Counted from the stretch's first letter, positions 19,601 to 29,076 are shown. The stretch is 64,000 bases of DNA from an uncultured Maribacter sp. (GCA_964569345.1 CAZMUV010000008.1:334-64333), one strand, 5' to 3'. Notes: generated from the sequence alone by a model not told the origin. Made by a program: numbers and translations.

Positions 19601-22600
19601 AAAGTCAAAGTAACGGTGTTTTCCAGTGCCGAAGATATTAATGTTACCGTAATTATTGAAAAAAATAGAAAGGTAATCGACACCAAAATCATACGCTTAA
19701 ATAAAAATTCTGAAAGTCTCATAATTCCTGTAACCAAGGAAGATTTAGGCGGATTCGCGATTTCATATAGCTATGCTGTTTACAACTATTTTCATTCCGG
19801 TACTTTGAACATTCAAATACCCTACCCAAGTAGCGATTTGCAAATTGAAACGGTCACCTTTAGGGACAAATTACAACCTGGCACTGATGAAAGGTGGTCT
19901 TTTAAAATTAAAGGACCCAAAGGTGGTAAAGTAGCAGCTGAATTATTAGCGAGCATGTATGACGCCTCATTGGATACGTTCAGAGGACATTATTGGAGTT
20001 TTAACCCATTGGCGAAGCCTACTTATTATTCCAATAGACGAACAAATGCCTATCGCTGTTTTATGAATAGTTCCTTCAGTACATATCAGGATAACGAATC
20101 GTATGGTTATAGCAATCCGAGTTTTGATTCGTTTAATTGGTTTGGGCTTTATTTTGGTAATAGTGGGTATTTCGGCTCAAGAACGTCTAGAATGATGAAG
20201 CGGTCTAGTGCACCCGTTCCGGTAGGCGCAGCATTGGATATGATGGAAATGGAAGATGTTGTCGAAGAATCTCTTACCGGTCAAGTAGCAGGAGTAACTG
20301 TGGAAAAGGATATATCCTTAAGCAACGAATTAAGGCAAAATCAAGAAATACCACAAGAACAAAACGCTAAGAAAGTTCAAATTCGCAAAAACCTCCAAGA
20401 AACAGCATTCTTTTTTCCACAATTGCAAACTGATTCAGAAGGCAATATATCCTTCAGTTTTACGACACCGGAAGCCCTTACCAAATGGAATTTACAATTA
20501 TTGGCTCATACCAAGGGTTTAGAGAGTTCGAACCGAACCTTACGAACCGTTACTCAAAAGGAGTTGATGGTTATTCCGAATGCTCCTCGTTTTTTAAGAG
20601 AAGGAGATGAAATCGTTATCAGCACCAAAATCAGCAACCTAACGGATAAGAAGCTCTCTGGAATTGCTAAATTAGAATTAGTGGATGCGGTTTCCGGTTT
20701 ACCGATTTCAAAAAAATTAGTAATATCCTCGGTAGGAGAAGGTGATGCAGGCGGCGGGGATAGTGATGAAGTAAACTTCAAAGTAGATTCCGTAGGCAAC
20801 ACCCAAGTATCATGGCGCCTAAAAATTCCTACTGAAATCCAAGCGGTTCAATATACCGTGACGGCAAAGGCTGGAGGTTTTAGTGATGGAGAACAAAATG
20901 TACTACCCGTACTTACAAATAGGACCTTAGTTACAGAAACGTTACCAATGTGGGTAAGAAGTAACCAAACCAAGACCTTCACTTTAGATAAGTTGAAGAT
21001 GATAAAGTCGCCAACTTTAAAGCACCACAGGTTAACGTTGGAGATGACTTCAAATCCAGCATGGTATGCGGTCCAGGCTCTCCCCTATCTCATGGAATAT
21101 CCGTATGAGTGCAACGAGCAAACTTTTTCCAAATATTATGCAAATACACTCGCTTCCCATATTGCCAATAGCAATCCAAGAATTCAAGAGGTATTTGAGC
21201 AATGGGCGAATTCAGATGCGCTGGGGAGTAACTTGGAAAAGAATCAAGGTTTAAAATCGCTTTTGATTCAAGAAACGCCTTGGGTACGAGACGCACAATC
21301 GGAAACCGAACAGAAAAAACGTATTGCCTTGTTGTTTAATTTGAACAAAATGAAAAATGAGCAAGCCATTGCTTTAAATAAATTAAAGGAGAACCAAAAA
21401 GGCTCAGGTGCATGGTCTTGGTTCAATGGTGGCCCAGATAATCGTTTTATCACACAACATATTCTTGCGGGTATGGGTCATTTAAAACACCTAAATGTCA
21501 CATCTAGCATAGCCGAGATTCAATCTTTAAGTGATAACGCGATTCAATATCTTGACAATGAGTTCGTCAAAGAGTACAACAACATGAAAAAGCACGCCTC
21601 AAATATAAACGACGATCATTTAAGCCATACTCAGATTCATTACCTATATATGCGTAGCTTTTTCAAGGATGTAAAAACCTCTAAAAAAGTGAATGATATC
21701 CAAGATTATTATAAACAACAAACAGAGAAATACTGGAAGAATAAAGGATTGTATTCACAAGGAATGTTGGCATTGATTATGCATCGTAGTGATAATATTC
21801 AAGCTTCCGAAAAAATACTTAGAGCACTAGAAGAAAATAGTATTACTTCAGAAGAATTAGGCATGTATTGGAAAGAGAACACCAACTCATGGCATTGGTA
21901 TCAAGCTCCTATTGAAACACAAGCGTTATTGATTGAAGCATTTTCGGAAATCAACTCTACGGATATTGAAACCGTTGATAATCTTAAAATTTGGTTATTA
22001 AAAAACAAACAAACCAACCAATGGAAGACTACTAAAGCAACTACGGAAGCTATTTACGCATTACTACTGCAAGGAAATGAATGGCTATCTGTTACCGATG
22101 CTGTTGATGTTTTGGTAGGAGGAGAAAGAATAGAACCTTCCAAACTGGAAAATGTAAAAGTAGAGGCTGGAACGGGCTACTACAAAACGGCTTGGAACGG
22201 TACCGAAGTACACCCTAAAATGGGGGAGATACAAATTTCCAAAAAAGGAAACGGCATTGCATGGGGAGCATTGTACTGGCAGTATTTTGAGGATTTGGAT
22301 AAGATTACAACAGCAGAAACACCCTTAAAATTAAAGAAGAAATTATTCCTTAAAAAGAATATAGATACAGGTGAAGAGATTTCCGAAATCACTGATAAAA
22401 TGGACTTAAAGGTGGGGGACTTAGTCCGTGTTCGTATTGAATTACGAGCCGATCGTCCAATGGATTTTGTACACATGAAAGATATGCGTGCCGCCGGTTT
22501 CGAACCCGTAAATGTCATCTCAAAATATAAATGGCAAGATGGCTTGGGCTATTACGAAGCCACCAAAGATGCGAGTACTAATTTCTTTTTTGATTACCTG

Positions 22601-22744
22601 CCAAAGGGGGTTTATGTATTCGAATATGATGTTCGCGTAAATAATGCTGGAGATTTCAGTAACGGGATTACGACCATACAGAGCATGTATGCTCCCGAGT
22701 TTAGTAGTCATTCTGAAGGAGTTCGGATAAACGTCGGGGAATAA
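16652..22744 (+). CDS. Bacterial alpha-2-macroglobulin family protein, 2030 aa
   Basis: MG2 motif FTDRSIYRPGQ, RKNLQETAFFFP, thioester motif YECNEQ (CNEQ at 21110-21121), C-terminal YAPEF. Confidence 0.92.
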   Translation: MKQFVTLITILLFSQMVQSQKNNEPFEVLWQQVEKLERDALPKSALKIVSSISEKAKKEKNSPQIMKALLFASKYAMTLDEDAQLNIIKDFKQEIAIAEFPTKNVLENYLANMYWQFFQQNRYQFYNRTKTDVKVDSVDFRTWDLTTLFKEITVQFDASLQNEAELQQTSVSDFDAVLHQQEGSEEYRPTLFDLLAQNALVFYATNENNITRPADKFEIDNPELLCDGYAFTQLNIFSKDETSLQAKALCIYKKLLTLHLPSKQPYTFAEVNLQRLQFVYHNAIFENKDQQYLKALQNAASAGKGNAASSLYNYEIAALLSQQGNSYQPKTNEEYRWNKKEALELCEKVLKENPDTRGAEKCKALKSQIISKSLQLTTERHIPINKTARLLVNYKNYDGLQLSARHITQKQWNALEEEYDEEKQLAFIKKLSIAKAWETSLKIENDYQSHGTEIVMPPLENNQYIVLAEPNDKTDKTFAYAQVQATNLALVETQTKTHQDFQVVDRNNGKPIVGATLNFRYRLNYDGKRLSKNFVSDKTGTVSIKRAEKEWSDLSITIDYEKDTAFYDDYYIYRSYNETAPAASYSCFLFTDRSIYRPGQPLYFKGIAIKSSKENSSLLKNTKVLVELKDVNDQVVNTADFVTNEYGSFSGEFMLPNNGLTGQFSIQVHSVVYNLSGYASFSVEEYKRPKFETSFEPVTESYKVNDSVTVNGTATAYAGSNITDAKVTYRVKRSVYYPRWYYWRYANRNTTPQEIGRGETQTDGSGRYSIDFKAIPDSSTDKKNAPTFNYEITADVTDINGETHSTSTFVTVGYHTLTANMMLANPLDKDTKDQKLSISTNNLNGQFVSAKGTVKIYKLKAPESVLRPRTWTAPDYKNLTRQEFKKIFPHDAFSNEHDPTTWEKGVLVWQSDFDTGVSKELSLGNLKKWMSGKYILELVTQDKFGQEVKDVLETTVFSHTDKKLADNELFQIKTDKESYQPGEKVKVTVFSSAEDINVTVIIEKNRKVIDTKIIRLNKNSESLIIPVTKEDLGGFAISYSYAVYNYFHSGTLNIQIPYPSSDLQIETVTFRDKLQPGTDERWSFKIKGPKGGKVAAELLASMYDASLDTFRGHYWSFNPLAKPTYYSNRRTNAYRCFMNSSFSTYQDNESYGYSNPSFDSFNWFGLYFGNSGYFGSRTSRMMKRSSAPVPVGAALDMMEMEDVVEESLTGQVAGVTVEKDISLSNELRQNQEIPQEQNAKKVQIRKNLQETAFFFPQLQTDSEGNISFSFTTPEALTKWNLQLLAHTKGLESSNRTLRTVTQKELMVIPNAPRFLREGDEIVISTKISNLTDKKLSGIAKLELVDAVSGLPISKKLVISSVGEGDAGGGDSDEVNFKVDSVGNTQVSWRLKIPTEIQAVQYTVTAKAGGFSDGEQNVLPVLTNRTLVTETLPMWVRSNQTKTFTLDKLKMIKSPTLKHHRLTLEMTSNPAWYAVQALPYLMEYPYECNEQTFSKYYANTLASHIANSNPRIQEVFEQWANSDALGSNLEKNQGLKSLLIQETPWVRDAQSETEQKKRIALLFNLNKMKNEQAIALNKLKENQKGSGAWSWFNGGPDNRFITQHILAGMGHLKHLNVTSSIAEIQSLSDNAIQYLDNEFVKEYNNMKKHASNINDDHLSHTQIHYLYMRSFFKDVKTSKKVNDIQDYYKQQTEKYWKNKGLYSQGMLALIMHRSDNIQASEKILRALEENSITSEELGMYWKENTNSWHWYQAPIETQALLIEAFSEINSTDIETVDNLKIWLLKNKQTNQWKTTKATTEAIYALLLQGNEWLSVTDAVDVLVGGERIEPSKLENVKVEAGTGYYKTAWNGTEVHPKMGEIQISKKGNGIAWGALYWQYFEDLDKITTAETPLKLKKKLFLKKNIDTGEEISEITDKMDLKVGDLVRVRIELRADRPMDFVHMKDMRAAGFEPVNVISKYKWQDGLGYYEATKDASTNFFFDYLPKGVYVFEYDVRVNNAGDFSNGITTIQSMYAPEFSSHSEGVRINVGE

Positions 22745-22863
22745 AAGTAAGTAGTAAACAAAATTAAGGTTTAAAAATACCAGCTGGCAAAATATTAAAA
22801 GTCTATACCATCCGTATTTGATTTTTGTGTTTGGACTTGAATCTTGAACTTCAATTTTCCTGT

Positions 22864-22877
22864 CCCTTTCCCTCACT
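22864..22877 (+). repeat. 14-bp direct repeat, copy 2
   Basis: Identical to 16526-16539. Confidence 0.6.
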
Positions 22878-22959
22878 CCAACCCCTAGCACCCTAATTGG
22901 TCGTTTTATATTAAACGCTTCTAACCTAGTTTAGATGTATAATATAAAACCAAAGAATT

Positions 22960-23463
22960 ATGAATAATGCAATTCAAATCTCCGTTAAAGAACCTTGCTC
23001 CCAAAAATTCGATTCGTTTAGTAAAACGAGAGAAGGAGGCTATTGTGGTTCCTGTGCAAAAGAGGTTGTCGATTTCACCACTATGTCCCATCCTGAAATA
23101 ATTTCCTATTTTAGTAAACCCAAGGGTAATACCTGTGGGCGTTTTAAGAATTTGCAACTTAGCGGTTACGAACCAAAAGCAGTAAAAAATATGAATACAA
23201 ACTTTGTTTCAAAAGGAATAGCGCTTTTTGGATTTTCACTTTTAGCACTTTGTGCAACTCCAGAAGCTAGTGCGCAAATAGCTACTGAACCAAATGCGCT
23301 TTTAAATACGGAAAGCCTCCACATTAAATTTTTCATAGGTCACGATTCTAAAGCTAAATTCCCCAATCTTATTGTCGTTTTTTTGGTGGATATTTTTCAA
23401 ATATTTTTGCAACCAACTCCTTCATTTTCTGCTCTTTTTCCATTGGGGTATCAGCCTCATTAA
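22960..23463 (+). pseudogene. Probably 3'-truncated gene: Cys-rich N-terminal domain plus hydrophobic segment of a Flavobacterial CarboxypepD_reg-type protein
   Basis: PC..F......GGYC.SC.KEVVDFT...TCGRF motif followed by a hydrophobic segment. The frame then runs 95 nt antisense into the DUF4136 gene. Confidence 0.5.
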
Positions 23464-23896
23464 ATGGGCTTTCGCTTAGGGCTTGCCAAAGCAATACATC
23501 TCTTTTTGCATCTACAAAGTCTATTGTTAGTTCCCTTAACAGTTTTGGACCTCCGACAGGAATACCTACAGATATACCACCACCAATAGTACCGCCACCA
23601 CCACCAACGCCTACACCTACAGCATTAGAAGGCTGACCTCGTAGAACGGCACTTTGCACATTTACAAAAATATCTGGCTCCTCCGAAAACAACAAACCCT
23701 TGGATTGTAAGGTCGCGTCCATAGCATTCATAAGCCTTTTCTCGCCTAATTGACTTAGACCCGTTTCCATATCTGAATAATAGCCATACGTAGAATAAGC
23801 CGAAAAATCAACGGCTTCATCATAATCATAATGTACCCTAGTTGCTCCGCAGGAGGCAAGGACCAGAATTGAAAATATAAAGCCAATGTATTTCAT
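23369..23896 (-). CDS. DUF4136 family lipoprotein
   Basis: Lipobox LASC, VHYDYD..VDFS.Y.TY, LTIDFVDA...LLWQ, IFEKYPP. Confidence 0.8.
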   Translation of the reverse strand: MKYIGFIFSILVLASCGATRVHYDYDEAVDFSAYSTYGYYSDMETGLSQLGEKRLMNAMDATLQSKGLLFSEEPDIFVNVQSAVLRGQPSNAVGVGVGGGGGTIGGGISVGIPVGGPKLLRELTIDFVDAKRDVLLWQALSESPFNEADTPMEKEQKMKELVAKIFEKYPPKKRQ

Positions 23897-23927
23897 TCTA
23901 AAGATTTAACCCTAAGTTACATAAAAA

Positions 23928-24638
23928 TCAAACTTCCTCTTTACTGTCTACAGATTTTGTAAGCGCAGAGGATATGATACCAGTAGGGATAGCAACAATT
24001 CCAAGACCAATCATTAATATGAAAAATGTAAATACTTTGCCTCCTACCGTAATGGGATACACATCTCCGTATCCTACTGTTGTCAAAGTAATAATAGCCC
24101 ACCAAAGACTATCAAAAATTGAAGAAAAATGCTCGGGCTGGGCTGCATTTTCAAAGTAATAAATACCTACAGCAGAAAAATAAATAAGTATTAGCGTTAC
24201 GAAAAGAAACAATAAAATTTCCTCCTTTGCCCTATTAATGGCCCTAGAAAAGTGAGCTAAGGCACGGTTATAACGCATGAGCTTAAAAATACGGAACAAA
24301 CGCAAAAATCGTAACGCACGTAGGGATCTTAAATCTACGCCCAAAGCCAAATAAAAAGGAAGTATTGCCAAGAAATCTATAATCCCGAAAAAACTAAAAA
24401 TAAATTTTCTTTTGTTGTCCGAACAATAAATGCGTAAGACGTACTCCAGAGTAAAAACCACAACACAAAAGATTTCAATTAACCGAAGCAGTTTTCTTGT
24501 ATTTGGCTCTAAATCTGGGACAGTCTCAAAAGAAAATGAAATAATAGACACCAAAATTAAACCTTGAATCACATAAGCGAAGATTCGGCTCTTGGGGTTG
24601 TCATTCAGCTCAACAATACTTTTTAAATACTGCCTCAT
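23928..24638 (-). CDS. Voltage-gated-type potassium channel (6TM ion transporter)
   Basis: Selectivity filter TTVGYGD and S4 segment LRSLRALRFLRLFRIFKLMR. ATG 24638 preferred over TTG 24659. Confidence 0.88.
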   Translation of the reverse strand: MRQYLKSIVELNDNPKSRIFAYVIQGLILVSIISFSFETVPDLEPNTRKLLRLIEIFCVVVFTLEYVLRIYCSDNKRKFIFSFFGIIDFLAILPFYLALGVDLRSLRALRFLRLFRIFKLMRYNRALAHFSRAINRAKEEILLFLFVTLILIYFSAVGIYYFENAAQPEHFSSIFDSLWWAIITLTTVGYGDVYPITVGGKVFTFFILMIGLGIVAIPTGIISSALTKSVDSKEEV

Positions 24639-24659
24639 AGTATCATAATATTTCAACAC

Positions 24660-25661
24660 TTAGGTGCTAAGCATATTCCAAAGTCTATCTTTCAGCTCTA
24701 ATATACCCATTTGGGCTACAGAAGAAATAAACATAAAAGGCACGTTATCTAGCTCGGTCTCTAGCTCTGTGCGCATCTCATCCATTAGCTCATCATCTAG
24801 CATATCGCTTTTAGAAATTGCTATGAGTCGTTCCTTATCCAACAGTTCCGGATTATACCTTCGTAGCTCGTCTAAAAGAATCTCGTATTCTTTACTAATA
24901 TCCTTACTATCTGCAGGAATTAAAAACAATAAGGTAGAATTACGTTCTATATGCCTTAAAAAATAATGCCCTAGCCCTCTTCCTTCTGCTGCACCTTCTA
25001 TGATACCTGGAATATCGGCCATCACAAAACTCTTAAAATCCCTGTATTCTACAATACCAAGATTGGGTTTTAGCGTCGTAAACTCATAATCTGCAATTTT
25101 CGGCTTTGCGGAAGTTATTACAGAAAGTAAGGTAGATTTACCAGCATTTGGAAAACCTACAAGACCCACATCTGCCAATACTTTAAGTTCAAAAATAAAA
25201 TCCTTTTCACGACCGTCTACACCAGGCTGGGCATATCTTGGCGTCTGATTGGTAGATGACCTAAAGTGCCAGTTGCCACGACCGCCCATACCACCTTCAA
25301 GTAGTACTTTCTCTTCTCCATGCTCCGTTATTTCTACTACCACCTCTTGGGTTTCCCCATCTTTAACAATGGTACCTAATGGGACATCTAGATAAACATC
25401 TTCGCCATCTGCACCAGAACTTCTATTCTTACTCCCGTGGCCCCCGTGGCCTGCCTTAAAATGTTTTTTAAACTTAAAATTGATGAGGGTCCAAAGATTT
25501 TGATTACCTCTTAGGATAATATGTCCGCCACGACCTCCATCGCCACCATCAGGGCCTCCTTTGGTAATGAATTTTTCCCTGTGTAAATGCACCGAACCTT
25601 TACCCCCTTTCCCAGAGTTTAAAAATACCTTTACATAGTCTACAAAATTACCTTCAGTCAT
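24660..25661 (-). CDS. obgE: GTPase ObgE/CgtA
   Basis: [12 protein letters not shown] Obg fold, [18 protein letters not shown]. Confidence 0.95.
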   Translation of the reverse strand: MTEGNFVDYVKVFLNSGKGGKGSVHLHREKFITKGGPDGGDGGRGGHIILRGNQNLWTLINFKFKKHFKAGHGGHGSKNRSSGADGEDVYLDVPLGTIVKDGETQEVVVEITEHGEEKVLLEGGMGGRGNWHFRSSTNQTPRYAQPGVDGREKDFIFELKVLADVGLVGFPNAGKSTLLSVITSAKPKIADYEFTTLKPNLGIVEYRDFKSFVMADIPGIIEGAAEGRGLGHYFLRHIERNSTLLFLIPADSKDISKEYEILLDELRRYNPELLDKERLIAISKSDMLDDELMDEMRTELETELDNVPFMFISSVAQMGILELKDRLWNMLST

Positions 25662-25705
25662 GAAGTTTGCTTTAGTTTGTTGGCAGAATGCCGTAATAAT
25701 TGGTG

Positions 25706-25713
25706 CAAAAATA
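25706..25713 (-). promoter_or_regulatory. -7 element TATTTTTG for obgE
   Basis: Exact consensus 44 nt upstream of the ATG. Confidence 0.5.
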
Positions 25714-26065
25714 CAGAAATCACAAGGGTAATTGGGTATCTATCCTCGAATAAGCACATTAGTAGTTTTGAGGTAGAGAATCGTCTAGATAAAATACGTA
25801 GATTAAATAGCCAATAGACACCAAAATGAAGACAAGCAATACAAAACCGCCCACGGTCAAACACCCTCTTAATGCAACTTTTGGACCTATTACTTCTTCT
25901 CGCATTTTTTCAAGGTTTTCTGCTTTTAAGTTCTAAATTAGAATGAATCAAAGACATGTAAATCATAACACAACTACTAGCAACCTTGTTATTTTATACT
26001 ATAGGTAAGCGTAATTGTTGCTTGAACAAAAATCATACGTTCTAAAAACAGATGTCACAAGATGA

Positions 26066-27172
26066 TTATAGTTCTTCTATTACCTTCCCCAATCGCATTG
26101 TAATTTCATCGATAGCTCCTATTCCATTTACACTGTGAAATTTCCCTTGTTCCTCATAAAAATCCTTTAATGGAGCAGTCTTCTGATTGTACTCGTCAAA
26201 ACGATTACGAATCTTATCCTCATCCTGGTCATCTGCTCTACCACTTACCTTTCCTCTTTCCAAAAGACGTTGAATCAGAAGTTCATCATTTGCTTCTAAT
26301 GCAATTGTAGCGTCTATTTTCATTCCCTTTGTTGTAAGGAACGTATCCAAAGCCTTGGCTTGGGCTGTTGTTCTGGGGAAACCATCAAAAATAAATCCGC
26401 TTGCATCAGTATTCTTCTCTACATCGTCTTGTAACATTTTAATTGTGACCTCATCAGGAACCAGATCTCCTTTATTTATATACGACTTGGCCAGTTGTCC
26501 CAGTTCCGTATTATTCTTCATATTGTAACGAAATAAATCTCCCGTAGAAATATGTTTCAAATTATATTTTTCTTTCAAAAATTCCGCTTGTGTACCTTTT
26601 CCGGCACCAGGTTTTCCGAATAATACAAGGTTAATCATATGCTTTTGGTTTAATTGGTATACTTCCTTTAAATTTCTGCCCAGTTCCTTATAATCTAAAC
26701 CGTAACCGACGATAAAACGGTCTGGTATTTTAAGCCCAAAATAATCTATGGTATATTCTCCATTATAGACTTCAGATTTATAGAAAAGGCTAGCTATCTT
26801 AAATTCCTTTACGTTCGTATTCGAAAACAAATGCACCAGTTCTTTTAATGTGCGCCCTGTGTCTATTATATCCTCAAGGATAATTACGCTGCGACCTTCT
26901 ATATTATCAGGTAAATCTAAAAGTGTTTCCACAATACCAGTTGAGGTTAACCCATGGTAAGAACTTAATTTCACAAACGATACTTCACACGGATACTGGT
27001 AGGCTTTTAAAAAATCGGCCACAAACATAAAAGAACCGTTAAGCACACCTACAAAGATGGGTGTTTGGTCTTTATAATCCATAGCAACAGCATCGGCAAT
27101 GCGCTTTACCGCTTGCTGTATTTCCTTTTCACTAAGGAAAGGTTTAAAAAATTTGTCGTGTAACTGTATCAA
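26066..27172 (-). CDS. hpt-adk: Fused hypoxanthine phosphoribosyltransferase - adenylate kinase, 368 aa
   Basis: HPRT PRPP motif ILEDIIDTGRT and FIVGYGLD, then an in-frame MINLVLFGKPGAGKGT, HISTGD, DGFPR. No stop codon between the two domains. Confidence 0.9.
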   Translation of the reverse strand: MIQLHDKFFKPFLSEKEIQQAVKRIADAVAMDYKDQTPIFVGVLNGSFMFVADFLKAYQYPCEVSFVKLSSYHGLTSTGIVETLLDLPDNIEGRSVIILEDIIDTGRTLKELVHLFSNTNVKEFKIASLFYKSEVYNGEYTIDYFGLKIPDRFIVGYGLDYKELGRNLKEVYQLNQKHMINLVLFGKPGAGKGTQAEFLKEKYNLKHISTGDLFRYNMKNNTELGQLAKSYINKGDLVPDEVTIKMLQDDVEKNTDASGFIFDGFPRTTAQAKALDTFLTTKGMKIDATIALEANDELLIQRLLERGKVSGRADDQDEDKIRNRFDEYNQKTAPLKDFYEEQGKFHSVNGIGAIDEITMRLGKVIEEL

Positions 27173-27195
27173 TTCTAAGCCGTTATTTAAGTTGG

Positions 27196-27203
27196 CAAAT
27201 ATA
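27196..27203 (-). promoter_or_regulatory. -7 element TATATTTG for hpt-adk
   Basis: Exact consensus 23 nt upstream of the TTG start. Confidence 0.55.
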
Positions 27204-27257
27204 GCATTTTGACCCGTGTTTTTAGGCCCTATAGAAACGGATTCTGAGATTTAACCG

Positions 27258-27265
27258 TATTTTTG
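27258..27265 (+). promoter_or_regulatory. -7 element TATTTTTG for purKE
   Basis: Exact consensus 43 nt upstream of the ATG at 27309. Confidence 0.5.
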
Positions 27266-27308
27266 TGGGAAACAAAGCATATTTCTAATCTAAAAAGTCA
27301 ATTACCTT

Positions 27309-28463
27309 ATGGACTATTTTTCGTCAGATTTCAAGTTGGGTATTTTAGGAGGCGGACAATTGGGTAAAATGATGCTCTATGAGACGCGTAAATTTGACAT
27401 TCACACTAAAGTTTTGGAGACCTCAAACGAAGCCCCATGTAAAATAGCCTGTGATGAATTTATTTTGGGAAGCTTAATGGATTTCGACACAGTGTACAAC
27501 TTTGGCAAACAAGTAGATGTGCTGACCATAGAAATCGAAAATATAAACCTTGATGCCTTAGAACGGCTAGAAGACGAAGGTGTAAAAGTCTACCCACAAT
27601 CCAAAGCGCTGCGCATCATACAGAACAAGGCAAGACAAAAGCATTTTTATACCGATAACGGCATCCCTACTGCAGAATTTTCTAGATTCGCCTACGCGAG
27701 CGAAATTGAAGATAGTATTGAGAATGGTGGATTAGAGTTTCCATTTGTATGGAAAGCAGCCCAATTTGGTTATGACGGTCAGGGTGTAAAAGTAGTGCGT
27801 TCCGTAGCCGACGTGAGAGGGTTACCTCCCGGTGAATGTATCGCGGAAAAAATGATTCCGTTTAAAAATGAATTGGCTGTAATCGTAGTCAGAAACCCAA
27901 GTGGACAAGTAGTAACATACCCCGTAGTGGAAATGGAATTTCACCCAGAAGCCAATCAAGTGGAGTATGTAATTTGCCCAGCTAGAATTGATGACGCTGT
28001 CGCTAAGAAAGCACAGAAAATAGCTTTGCAGGTTTCTGAAAAAATTGGCCATATAGGTATTTTGGCCGTAGAGATGTTCCAAACCAAGGATGACCAAATA
28101 TTAGTTAATGAAGTGGCACCAAGACCACACAATAGCGGACATTACAGTATAGAAGCTAGTTACACTAACCAATTTGAACAACATATTCGTGCGATACTAG
28201 ATTTACCCCTTGGGAATACTGCAAACAAAGTCGCAGGCATCATGGTAAACTTGGTTGGGGCCGAAGGCTATACAGGAAAAGTTGTTTATGAAAACATAAA
28301 AAAAATAATGGCTATGGATGGTGTTACGCCACACATCTATGGGAAAAAGCAAACACGCCCTTTTCGTAAAATGGGGCATGTAACTATCGTGAACGCTGAT
28401 ATTGATGTAGCGAGAAAGATTGCACAAAAAGTAAAAGAAACGATAAAAGTAATCAGTAAATAA
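27309..28463 (+). CDS. purK: N5-carboxyaminoimidazole ribonucleotide synthase
   Basis: GILGGGQLGKM, GYDGQG, NEVAPRPHNSGH, RKMGHV. Confidence 0.95.
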   Translation: MDYFSSDFKLGILGGGQLGKMMLYETRKFDIHTKVLETSNEAPCKIACDEFILGSLMDFDTVYNFGKQVDVLTIEIENINLDALERLEDEGVKVYPQSKALRIIQNKARQKHFYTDNGIPTAEFSRFAYASEIEDSIENGGLEFPFVWKAAQFGYDGQGVKVVRSVADVRGLPPGECIAEKMIPFKNELAVIVVRNPSGQVVTYPVVEMEFHPEANQVEYVICPARIDDAVAKKAQKIALQVSEKIGHIGILAVEMFQTKDDQILVNEVAPRPHNSGHYSIEASYTNQFEQHIRAILDLPLGNTANKVAGIMVNLVGAEGYTGKVVYENIKKIMAMDGVTPHIYGKKQTRPFRKMGHVTIVNADIDVARKIAQKVKETIKVISK

Positions 28464-28465
28464 TT

Positions 28466-28957
28466 ATGAGTAAAGTAGCCGTAGTAATGGGAAGCACTAG
28501 CGACCTACCCGTAATGCAAGATGCCATTGACATCTTAAAAGGTTTTGATATAGAGGTGGATGTGGACATTGTTTCTGCACACCGCACACCAGAAAAACTT
28601 TTTAATTTTAGTAAGAATGCCCACACCAATGGCTATTCGGTAATTATCGCAGGTGCAGGTGGTGCGGCACATTTACCAGGTATGGTGGCTTCTATGTCTC
28701 CATTACCCGTTATCGGTGTTCCTGTAAAAAGCAGTAATTCTATAGATGGATGGGATTCCATACTCTCAATTCTACAAATGCCAGGTGGAGTTCCTGTTGC
28801 CACAGTTGCCTTAAACGGTGCGAAAAATGCAGGAATTCTTGCAGCACAAATTATCGGAAGCTCTGACAAATGTGTTCTTGATAAAATTATTCTTTACAAG
28901 GAAGGCTTGAAACAAAAGGTACTTGAAGGAGCGAAATCAATTAACGGCAAACAATAG
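28466..28957 (+). CDS. purE: N5-CAIR mutase
   Basis: VVMGSTSD, SAHRTP, AGAGGAAHLPGM, MPGGVPVATV. Confidence 0.95.
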   Translation: MSKVAVVMGSTSDLPVMQDAIDILKGFDIEVDVDIVSAHRTPEKLFNFSKNAHTNGYSVIIAGAGGAAHLPGMVASMSPLPVIGVPVKSSNSIDGWDSILSILQMPGGVPVATVALNGAKNAGILAAQIIGSSDKCVLDKIILYKEGLKQKVLEGAKSINGKQ

Positions 28958-29076
28958 TTTTCAGTTAGCAGAAATAGTAAAATAATTTTAAGCCACTATG
29001 GCTATTCCATTTGAAATTGACTCGAAACAAAATAAATTTAAAACTAAATTCCTTAAAATAAACTCATTTTTCCTTC

